Origin: Chrysomallon squamiferum
Taxonomy: Eukaryota; Animalia; Mollusca
Length of the DNA stretch: 64,000 bases
Direction of reading: 5' to 3'
Assembly: GCA_012295275.1 (NCBI GenBank)
Contig: CM022670.1
Span: forward strand, 5,704,001 to 5,768,000
Positions 13,301 to 23,660 of this stretch are shown piece after piece. Both the position numbers and the translations under genes were made by a program. The notes beneath the pieces were generated by a model. That model had not been told where the DNA came from. It worked only from the letters and a program-made list of their open reading frames with translations, and ran no database searches. How positions within the stretch are numbered: the first letter of the stretch is position 1; each line of letters begins with the position of its first letter.

Positions 13301-16300
13301 TAATTACAAAATATAAAACTCACAAAGAAATATCAAATCTCAGAGTCAAGCAGACGAGGAGTGGAAGTTTGCCCGTTCTAAACTGTGGATCAGTTACTTT
13401 GAGGAGAATGGAACTTTACCTCCACCATTCAACATCATTCCCAGTCCAAAGACATTCTACTACATCCTGCTGTGGTTCAAGAACAAGCTGTGTGCCTGCT
13501 CCAAGAAACAGAAACGAAATCGCTGGCAGAGTATAAAGGTATAAAACTGTTTTCAAACAAAGATCTGACATTACCTGTTTTCTGTCCCTGAAACCATTGC
13601 TGACACACAGATATATATACACATATAAAATACATGCATACATTTTTACATATGACACATACAGACATTATTATTATAAGTAATATATAAATACATTATT
13701 ATATGTAACATAATATATCTTATTTTCGTTATGTAAAATGATGATTCAAATTTGATTTCAGAAAATTGTGAAGAAGATAAATGAGAAGGAACTCAGTTAT
13801 CAGGTTTGATTTGTTTCTGTTAATGCCATTTTATACCATTCCAACCTAGCTTGTCTCTCTCTACAGTAAGATGAAAACAGCTGTTATACAGACATACATG
13901 GTAGAGTTTGTTCAGTGAGTGACTAATAGTTATTTTTATGCCAATCACCTACACAATTCACTAGGTAGATGTAAGTTATTTAAGTGTGTGCTTATCAATA
14001 CTGTGTTGTATTTATTAGTTAATATAAAAATACACTAGATAGATGTAAATTATTTAAGTGTGTGTTTATGAGAGTTGTGTTGTATTTATTAGTTAATATA
14101 AAAAATACACTAGATAGATGTAAATTATTTAAGTGTGTGTTTATGAGAGTTGTGTTGTATTTATTAGTCAATATAAAAAATTCACAAGACAGATGTAAGC
14201 TATTTAAGTGTCGGTGTTTACCAGGGTTGTGTTGTATTTACCAGGGTTGTGTTGTATTTATCAGGGTTGTGTTGTATTTACCAGGGTTGTGTTGTATTTA
14301 CCAGGGTTGTGTTGTATTTATCAGGGTTGTGTTGTATTTATTAGGGTTGTGTTGTATTTATCAGATAGTGATGCGAGACCTGGTGAAGCGGTACATCATG
14401 CAGAAACAACGAAGTCCGGATCGTGGCGACGGTGTCACCGAAGACGACATCAATGAACTGAAACAGGACATCTCATCTTTCCGCTTTGAACTGCTCGAGA
14501 TCCTCCGCAGCAACGGGATGAAAACTCCGAACCCGAACCAGCAGAAACCAACAAGTAAGAAGATGAGAATGTGGAAATCTCTCGCTGGTTCTGCTCGCAA
14601 CATCAGTTTTGATTCAGTTCACTCACACGATACTGACTGAACAGTTTTCATTAAACACTCTCACTAGGCTTGTCTGACTGAATGTATCATACCCAACTAC
14701 ACACATTTCACACACGTCCTGCATAAACACACACGAATACCTGAACAAGTACATCTGACTAAATGTATCTGACTAAATGTATCTGACTAAACAAACCTGA
14801 TTATTACATACCTGACTAAATATTACCTGATGAAACATATCTGAATTAACATATTTGACTAAGGATATCTAACTTTTCATGCATGACTAGACATAACTGA
14901 CTGAACATACGAGTTAGTCATGTGACTAAATCTACCTGACTAAACATACGAGTTAGTCATGTGACTAAATCTACCTGACTAAACATACGAGTTAGTCATG
15001 TGACTAAATCTACCTGACTAAACATACGAGTTAATCATGTGACTAAATCTACCTGACTAAACATACGAGTTAATCATGTGACTAAATCTACCTGACTGAA
15101 CATGCTGTGTGTTGTCTGGCTTTAACACTCCAGTTTATTCCTTTGTCTTGTGATTTATTCTTCAGTTACATTTCTTTCACCTTTCTTTTTTTTAATTTTT
15201 TTTTTATCTTTTTTCATAACCTATATATATATTATTTATAATTATTTCTTTTTAAAATTTTTTTTTTTTTTTTTTTTGGTTTACTGTTTTCAAGCTTTAT
15301 TTTGTCCGAGTCATTGGTTGTTGTACAGAAAGTAATTTTGTACAAAGCATGTTAAACAGAGAATAACAAAATTTTGAATTGTATTCTGTGAAGCAAATGA
15401 AGACTGGATTTAAAAGCTATCAAAAACTGTGTAATGAGGACACCTGAGAAAAGGTTATCTAAAATTGTGTAATGAGGACACCAGAAATAAAATGTTTCTA
15501 AAACTGTGTAAGGAGAACACCACAAACAAAATTTATCTAAACCTGTGTAATGAGGACACCAGAAATAAAAGTTATCTAAAACTGTAATGAGAACAAGTCT
15601 TACAGATGTTCTCTAAAACTGTTTCTAGGACAAAGGAGATTGCCTTAGATATATATTATTGGGAAATATGTTAAAACTGTGGCAAAATTATTTCTACAAA
15701 ATTCTGTGTTAAACTGATTAACCTTTGATTAAAGGATTGTGTTATATTTCTGTTGTTGTAAACACATTTCTAAAAGATTTGTGTGTTAACAGGTTCTCTG
15801 TGTAAGGGAGAATGAAAACTAAAAATGGCTACTTAATTCTTGAATAATGGTGCAGACTTCATGATATTTTTTAAATAATTTTATTTTATTTTGACAACAG
15901 GTCACTATATTTGTATTTTTCTGGCTGTCTTTGTGTAAATAGCAGTATCAGACTTTTTCATCTGATTTGTTTTATTTCAAATTAATATAAATTATGCAAT
16001 GTTACTTTTTAACTGTCACTTTCAGACTTTTTATATTTACTGTTCTGTATCTTTTTTAAGTTACTGTTTTGTACTGTTAACTAGTTCCTTGCAAATCCTT
16101 CTACCTCTCTTTTTAACATTTACTCAGATATTTTCTAAATTATATTATAGTTTACAAGTCACTCTCTGATAGTCATATATATAATGTCAGGAAGTATGTC
16201 ACATGTCCTTATAAACATTGTTTTACAGAAATATTTTTTGAACAAAAGAAACCTTGTCTAAGTATTTGTAAGGAAATGAAACTACAATTTTGGTAAATAA

Positions 16301-17584
16301 TCTTGGTGTTCATTTTAACATTTTAGTTCACTGATTTGTTGATTGTGTGTTTAGTGTTAGTTTCAAATTTGTTCAAACATAATAAAAAGTTTCATATCTG
16401 CTCAAAGAATTTTATATATTACAGATGTTTTATAAGACCACTGTTTATCATCCAGTACTGTGTCAAAACTATGTTGTTATCACATCAGTATGAAAAACTG
16501 TATAGAATATTACTATTATTTGTCAAGCACTGGTATTACCCATTTTGTATGTTATTCCATGTAATAAGTATTTTTAGACAACAGTGTTTTGTGATATTGT
16601 GATAACTAACTCACTTTGATCTCATTTTTTTGTCTGTTTTGTTTTTGTTATTTTGTTTATTATAACCTTGTAACACAAAACCTTTTCTGATTCAGTTAAC
16701 TGATCTAGAATTACAAACACAAATATATTTTTCATTATCAAACTGGCCCTTTTTCTGTACTTGTTTATCTTTTATATTAAGGCAATTTCAAAAACAAATT
16801 AATATCCAAGATGTGCCTTTTTCTATTTGACATGTTACCTCAGGAAATAACAACACATAATTGTAAATACCTGTTTACATTGTGTGATGTGATAGGACTT
16901 TTGTAATTAATTTTTTTTTTTTTTACTTATGTATATTTAAAACAATAAATAAATCATTGATGATTAGTATTATAAAACATGATATAGTCTTCTTATTAAA
17001 TGACGTGTTTGTAATTTTCTGATTTAAACATTGTCTAGAACATGGCTACAACATAAATAATAAACAGTTGTATCACACTGTCACTGTTTTAATTATTAAC
17101 AACACAAACAATTGTATCACACTGTCATTATTAATTATTAACAACACAAACAGTTGTATCACGTCACTGTGTTTTAATTATTAACAACACAATTGTATCA
17201 GACTGTCACTGTTTTAATTATTAACATCACAATTGTACAACGTTGTCACTGTTTTAATTAACAACGCAAACAATTGTATCACATTGTAACTGTTTTAATT
17301 ATTAACAACACAAACAATTGTATCACGTTGTAACTGTTTTAATTATTAACAACAAAAATAATTGCATCACACTGCCACTATTAATTATTAACGATACAAA
17401 CAGTTGTATCATACTATCAGTTTTAATTATTAACTGTACAAACAATTATATTATTGTGCTACTTTTAACTACCTAAACAGCTGTATCATTGGTTTTGTGT
17501 TTTAACTGTTTTAACTGTTAATGCATTTATATCATTCTTTTTGTTTCTATTACTAACAATAACAGTTCTGTCATGTCATACTAG

Positions 17585-17623
<39 letters not shown>

Positions 17624-18916
17624 GTTATTATTATTATTATTACGTTTTACCAGTGTTGTGCTTGAATTAAGGTTTTTATTGTTGATATTTCTTTAACACT
17701 TAAGCAGGGAATGAAGAAAAATGTAAATTTGTAAATAACCATTTTTATTTATTTATTTTTTATTTTTTTTTTTTAAATCTGTTCTTGCATGAGGCTGGTT
17801 CTCATTGTTATTAATAAATTCCCTCAGTTTTACGTTGTGGGCAAAAACAACTTGTGTTTCTTGTATTCCTCTACAGCCTTAGTTAACCTATAAATGACAG
17901 TAAATCAAACTTATAATAAAATCTTAATATCTGTGTGAAAGAACACATTATTATTATTATTATTATCATTATTATTATCATTATTATTATTAATATTATT
18001 ATTATCATTATTATTATCATTATTATTATTATTATTATTATTATCATTATTATTATCATTATTATTATTATTATTATTATTATCATTATTAAAAGGTTGT
18101 ATTTGGATTTTAACATTAGATATTAAAAGAATAATGTAAATTATAATTTCAGTAAATGATATTGTAGAATAGCACAATATTTATAACAATAAATTATTTT
18201 TTTCTAAAAAAGAAATATGCAACGATCTTTAAAACTGCTAAGTAAAAGTTAAAATGGTGTTGACAAAGTTCACGTACACATCACCGTATCACAGCACATG
18301 TAGTTGTCACATCTAGCACTCGGCTGTAGTTCACTGTGTGTCGCTATCGATGTAGCCACAGTTTGTGTGCATGCTGAGCACGCAGTGGTCTGGAGTACGT
18401 TGTGGTCGACCCCGCTGATACAAGGTTAGCACTGTGTGCTTGCTTCACTGTTTGCACTGTTTTGTTGTATTCTTTTATTTTGTGTATCATCACGTTTTTC
18501 TCTTCTTTTTTTTTTTTTAGTTTTATTATTATTATTATTTTTTATTCTGACAAATGTAGGTAACTCTCTCTCTCTCTCTCTCTCCGCGTGCTAAACAATC
18601 TCAACGTGGCAGTCCTCCTTATCATAGATTGAAAACAGTTATATGTTTTAGTTTTCACAAAGAGCCTGTCCAGTTATAGATTAGAGTGTCTCAGTTAATA
18701 GGTATAACAATGTGTCACTGGATTAAAAATCGACAGTAACAAACCACAATTCCTCGTACTGTATAGTCACATATCACACGACAGTAAATCATTGTCTTTT
18801 AGCTGTTTAATTTACAATATTAATGATAGCTTAGTTCACACGAATTTAATGGCTTGAATATTACTGCATATATCTGTTATATCTGTGTGTGTGTGTGTGT
18901 GTGTGTGATGTATATA

Positions 18917-19002
<86 letters not shown>

Positions 19003-20078
19003 TATATTTATATATAATATTTTGTCAGAACATCGTAAATAAAGTTAATCATAAATGTTTAATATCAAACTATTTGAAACGTTTTCTAAAAAAAAAAATG
19101 TGTATTTTATTACATAATATATGTATTGTGTACGCTAATATTTGTTACATAAATAGCAACTGCGATTTATATTATATTTTGCGTGTTAATATATGATAAT
19201 ACATACAAAACTGACATAACTGATTAATAATGTATGCTGAATATATGTTAATATCTCTAATATATTTTATGATTAAATAAATGTTTATAATTCATGATAC
19301 GTGTATTAATGAATGCATATATAAAACGTTAATAAACAATGTCTTAATGTTTTTAGATCGTAGACTGTCGAGGAAGAGAAGTCTTATGTCACTAGACAGA
19401 ATTAAACGATCTCTGTCCATGGAACCGCTCAATGAGCTGTCTGCTACTCAAGGTCAAAGACCTTGGAAGTCCAGTTCCCTCAAGATGGACACGCTGAGTG
19501 TGGACAGGGCGTTCCTCGCCGCCAGCGTGCCTAGAGTGGAAATCAGCAACAACGCACCGATCATCACGGAATCGATCCCTGAAGAAATGGAACGCAGGAG
19601 AAGAGAATCGATGAAGGCCGAGCTCGCCGAGGGAAGTGAGAAGAATAAGGAGCCTGCGAACACGGACTTAGCTCAGCTGTTACTGAAGCCTCAGCCGAAA
19701 GACGACAGAGAACGGTTAGAAACCGATCGCAGCTCCAGTGAATTCCAAGTGTGGGAGGAGAAGCCACATTTAGTGACTGAAGGTGTTCAGGGTGTTAACA
19801 ACGCGCCCAGTGAAGGCACTCATAAAAAAGACGAGGGTTTGGGCGAGTCGTTTGATCAGTACTCTGAACTGGGAGACGGGGTGTCACGTAACGGTAACCA
19901 CGTAACCAACGCAGAGAATGTTGTAGCTGACGTCAAGTTAGACGTGTTACCCCCCTCACCAGCAAGTGACAATGACGTAGACAACGAGGCGTCTACACAA
20001 CCTCGAAAAACTGTCGTCGAGACCCCGGCCGACGTCCTCGCTAGCATTTGCTCAAGTAAAAGAGTCACCTTCATGTGA
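335..20078 (+). CDS. TRPC: TRPC / TRP-gamma-like canonical transient receptor potential cation channel (11 coding exons, long C-terminal isoform)
   Basis: Exons joined in frame at GT-AG sites: 335-748, 3605-4129, 4399-4633, 8500-8649, 9034-9173, 11239-11588, 12117-12318, 13344-13538, 13762-13803, 14365-14554, 19357-20078. Ankyrin repeats ([39 protein letters not shown]), TRP_2 zinc motif ([11 protein letters not shown]...[22 protein letters not shown]), [12 protein letters not shown]4-S5 linker [15 protein letters not shown]6 [19 protein letters not shown] box [26 protein letters not shown] and coiled coil [20 protein letters not shown]. Confidence 0.95.
2420..2810. repeat. 56-bp intronic minisatellite
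   Basis: About 7 copies of ACAGTTGTATTTTAAACCAGTGTCTGTTTATTCAAACAATAAGTAAAACCACAATG. Confidence 0.9.
4606..5012 (+). repeat. ~52-bp minisatellite built from the TRPC exon 3 end plus donor
   Basis: About 8 copies of TAGCACATCATATCTTGTGTTTCT(T)GTGATTATCTTTTACATCTTATACATA; the first copy contains the real donor GTGAGT at 4634. Confidence 0.9.
5240..5570. repeat. ~30-bp degenerate minisatellite
   Basis: Repeats of TGTAATTTCCTGTGTACAAAACAACTCATG. Confidence 0.8.
9138..10140 (+). repeat. 58-bp minisatellite built from the TRPC exon 5 end plus donor
   Basis: About 16 copies of GCAACATTCACACTGAGACTGCTAGCCTGGATACAG|GTAATTACTAACTTACTAACAA, with two interspersed variants (CACACTGAGACTGCT / CATCGTGAGACTGGT). 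Confidence 0.95.
11586..11965 (+). repeat. Degenerate ~46-bp repeat starting at the TRPC exon 6 donor
   Basis: Repeats of AAGTTAAAATATTGTTATAACTTTTTATACAA(C)GTAAATATTT beginning at AA|GTACGTTAAAATACTTTTATAAC. Confidence 0.65.
12295..12920 (+). repeat. Degenerate ~55-bp repeat built from the TRPC S6 exon end plus donor
   Basis: Repeats of AACTCATATCAAATTATATAT|GTAAGTATATAGCTCACATACCTTTGTGT; copies 2-3 keep GTAAGT. Confidence 0.85.
13965..14364 (+). repeat. 75-bp repeat (about 3 copies) followed by a 20-bp acceptor repeat (7-8 copies)
   Basis: TAGATGTAAATTATTTAAGTGTGTGTTTATGAGAGTTGTGTTGTATTTATTAG... then (CCAGGGTTGTGTTGTATTTA)n ending in the real acceptor TCAG at 14364. Confidence 0.9.
14365..14640 (+). 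CDS. TRPC exon 10 read-through, giving a short alternative C-terminus (...[31 protein letters not shown])
   Basis: The frame stays open for 28 codons past the GTAAGA donor at 14555 to TGA at 14638-14640, and the composition looks coding. Confidence 0.5.
   Translation: MVMRDLVKRYIMQKQRSPDRGDGVTEDDINELKQDISSFRFELLEILRSNGMKTPNPNQQKPTSKKMRMWKSLAGSARNISFDSVHSHDTD
14740..15102. repeat. 39-bp minisatellite with an internal palindrome
   Basis: About 5 clean copies of AACATACGAGTTAGTCATGTGACTAAATCTACCTGACTA (TTAGTCA-TG-TGACTAA dyad), preceded by degenerate CTGACTAAA units. Confidence 0.85.
15420..15630. repeat. ~39-bp minisatellite
   Basis: Repeats of AAAACTGTGTAATGAGGACACCAGAAATAAAAGTTATCT. Confidence 0.75.
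17060..17490. repeat. ~43-bp minisatellite
   Basis: About 9 copies of ACAATTGTATCACACTGTCACTGTTTTAATTATTAACAACACAA. Confidence 0.85.
17945..18090. repeat. (ATT/ATC)n microsatellite
   Basis: Long trinucleotide run; it explains the poly-I and poly-N ORFs in the track. Confidence 0.95.
18386..18424 (+). CDS. Candidate 39-nt cassette exon of TRPC ([13 protein letters not shown])
   Basis: CAG|TGGTC...ACAAG|GTTAG, phase 1 to phase 1 like the flanking 14554/19357 junction, no stop codon, in a GC-richer island with TGCATG just upstream. The polypyrimidine tract is weak. Confidence 0.4.
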
Positions 20079-22119
20079 CTCACTAAACTTGTGATAACTA
20101 CCAGTCGAAATTACGATCACCTCTGTACCACTTTTTAATAAAACACATCAGTTTAGAACTCTCAGTAATGCCTTACTTCATCATTGTGGAACTCTAATTT
20201 AAAAAAAGTTTATTGTTGAAGGAATATCATTTAATATGATTGACTTAAAGTACATTCTGAACTCGTTCTTTGTTTTGTGTCTCTCTGAACGTATGTGAGT
20301 ACTCACTGTAGTTATCTAAGTTACCGGCAGCCTGTTTGTTTATTTGTGCAGGTAGAAACCGCCATCATGTGTTTATTTGTATGGAAGACATAGAATAGGG
20401 CCACAGTGTGTTCATTTGACAGGACCATGTTTTAGGTCAGTGTATTAATTATCATCCAGTGATTATCTACATTTTAAATCATCCTGTGTTTACTGTTTTA
20501 ATCACATACAGAATTCTAACATTGTTTTTGATCACATACAGAATTTTAGCATTGTTTTACTGTATCTAATCACATACAGAATTTGAACATCTTTTTATTG
20601 CATTTAAATCAGAGAAGGTGAAAATTGTTTTACTGTATCTGATCACATACAGAATTTTAACATTATGTTTTATTCATATCAAACAAGGTATACAGAATAA
20701 TCATCTAAAACACGTGTTGGAGTGTTAGCATTGGCTGAACAGCAAACACTGAAAACAGTTTGCTAATTTGAAACTGTTATCAGTGTTTGCATTAAAATCC
20801 TCACTTCGTAAAGCCAGTTAACAGATTTTTGTGTGGACCACTTCAAGGACTGGTTTTATTCAAAGTCATTTAATGAACTAAACTGATGCAAGTGCAAGTG
20901 TGAGAGGTGGTGTGACAGTGGTTTAAGTTGTGTAAGTGTGAATCAAGTAAAATGTTTTACTTTCACTGTCTGCACTGTGTGTTCTGTTAATTCAGTGTGT
21001 AGAAAAATGTGTTTTAATAGTTATATTTTTTGTATTATTGTTACCTTTTTTAACTTTATTTATTTTAATTACGTATTTTATTCATCTGTTTTCTTATTCA
21101 CTTATTTATTCACTTATTTACTTATTTATTTACTTTTTTACCTATTTATTTATTTACTTATTTATTATTTATTTATTTACTTATGTACTTATTTACTTAC
21201 TTACTTACTTACTTATGTACTTATTTAGTTACTTACTTACTTATTTTTATTATTATTATTATTTTATTATTATTACTTTTGTTTTTGTTTTTTTATTGTC
21301 TAGCAAACCAAACCATGAAGCACAATGAAATATTACTGTTAAATTATTTCAAACTGTTGTTCTGTTGACAATTCTTTCTAATGATGTCATTAAAATACCT
21401 GTTTAAAAATCTGTTTTCTGTTTTTATTTCTAATTATAAAAATGTCTGGTGCTTATATGCACAGAATACTGTGATCTTTAACTGTATGAGCGTGTGTGTG
21501 GGGGGAGATGTTGTAACATCATCAAACTTTTCTTTATGAGAAATATTTACATATTTAACAGAAATCTAAATATCCATTATATAAATATACTATACATAAA
21601 TGTGTTAACAGTCTATCACTCATCCTGTTCTTATCGCTCTCTAAATCCATCTGTGACCATCTATCAACTTCTAAGTCTACTGCCCATTACTCAGTCTACT
21701 TCTTTTTTTTAATCAATAAACATTTTGTCAGTCATTCTGTCTACATCAGTAACTAAACCAACAATTAATCCGTTAGTTGTGTTCTGCTCGCTTATTGATG
21801 GAACAGAGATGTTTAAAATCTTTATTTTATGTGTTCATGTGAAAAATTACTTTCCATTCGTTATATACAAATGAAATACACATTCAAAGAGCAAACGATA
21901 CCTGCTCTGACATTAAAACAGATAAGATATTTATGTTACCTTTGATTATGTAAATAGATGCGACGGGCACGCCCGCTGACGTGTCAGAAAGCGTGGCCAT
22001 CGTAGACGTGCTTCACAACAGCTTTCTCTGATTAGCACGTTAATTTTTTTTTCAGTTTCAGTTTCATGTAAATGGATACCCCAGAGGTTGTTGTCTTGTA
22101 TTCTCAGTAATTTTTAAAA

Positions 22120-22410
22120 TGTTTCCTTCTTTATGGTTATGTATATATTAAATGAGAAATAAAATTACAATACTAAAAAAATAAAATAAAATAAAATAAT
22201 AAATAAAAAAATAAATAAATACATAAATAAAATAAAATAAAATAAGATATAATATGATAAAATAAAAAAAATAAAAAAATAAAAATAAAAAAAAAAAAAA
22301 ATAAAATATAATAAAATAAAATAATAAATTTTCCCTTCTTTATGGCTATGTATATATTAAATGAGAAATAAAATTACACTACTAATAAAATAAAATAAAA
22401 TAAAATAAAA

Positions 22411-22441
<31 letters not shown>

Positions 22442-22475
22442 AAAAAAAATAAATAAAAAAAAAAAAAATAAAAAA

Positions 22476-22509
<34 letters not shown>

Positions 22510-22588
22510 AAATAAAAATAAAAAAATAAATAAAAAAAAAAAAAAAAAAAATAAATAAAAAAATAAATAAAAAAAAAAAAAAAAAAAA

Positions 22589-22619
<31 letters not shown>

Positions 22620-22620
22620 C
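22120..22620. repeat. A-rich low-complexity duplication
   Basis: Two copies of TTTCC(C)TTCTTTATGG(T/C)TATGTATATATTAAATGAGAAATAAAATTACA (about 22121 and 22330), each followed by (AAAAT)n/poly-A. Confidence 0.8.
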
Positions 22621-23460
22621 AGGACAGTTTTGTTTTTATTCAAGTTATAAACAGTAGTTTTTTTATATTAGAATTCAGGCTTTGTCACCAGAGAAAGCAA
22701 GAACATTCAGACTACGTTTAATGATCACGAATTCAGGGTATTACATGAACATCATCTAAGTTATTTTCTTCTACCTGTAAACTTATTATGTTTTGATGAG
22801 TACAAAATATTTATTAAAATAATATAAACAAAAATAATGTGTATGTGTGTGTTTTCTCACAAATACAATTAGGTACAAAAAACAAACAATAAAACAACAA
22901 CAAAAAAAAACCCACATTCCAATATAATGTGATAAGATGTATAATGAAAGAAAAAACAAAATTACAAAAATAAATCAGTGTAAATATGTTTTTTTGAAGT
23001 CTGTTATTGTAATAAATATAAAATACACAAGAACAAATAAACCCAGTTATAAATCTATAAGCTTTTATGAGATCCACAGTGTAAAATTATGTGGCCAACA
23101 TTTACACTGTTATTTAGACACACAGGATTTCACTATACAGTTATTTAGACACACAGTATTTCACTATACAGTTATTTAGACACACAGTATTTCACTATAC
23201 AGTGATCTTGCCTAGATGAAAAACATTTAGCGTAACTCAGTTTATTGAATGAAGGAAATTACTCAGATCAACTTGTTTAAATAAAACCATGGGCTGCATG
23301 TAGTAGATCAAAAATATTGTCAGTTTATTTTTATTAAAATTATTCATGTAAGTAATAATAATAATAATAATAATTTATTTTGACAGATGGAGATTATTTT
23401 ATTGATAAATGTATATACATCATTACATTTAGTACATTTTTCTAGTTATTGTTTTGATTT

Positions 23461-23660
23461 NNNNNNNNNNNNNNNNNNNNNNNNNNNNNNNNNNNNNNNN
23501 NNNNNNNNNNNNNNNNNNNNNNNNNNNNNNNNNNNNNNNNNNNNNNNNNNNNNNNNNNNNNNNNNNNNNNNNNNNNNNNNNNNNNNNNNNNNNNNNNNNN
23601 NNNNNNNNNNNNNNNNNNNNNNNNNNNNNNNNNNNNNNNNNNNNNNNNNNNNNNNNNNNN
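23461..23660. other. Assembly gap (200 N)
   Basis: Run of N; the round length suggests a scaffolding placeholder. Confidence 1.

Noticed and set aside
14062-14364. N-terminal part of the 192-aa ORF as true coding sequence
   Set aside because: It is intronic tandem repeat; TRPC homology begins at 14365 ([10 protein letters not shown]). Possible partial inclusion is reported as a finding.
17883-22643. Poly-I, poly-N, YI and FIYL ORFs
   Set aside because: Translations of (ATT)n, (TA)n, (ATTT)n and poly-A microsatellites.
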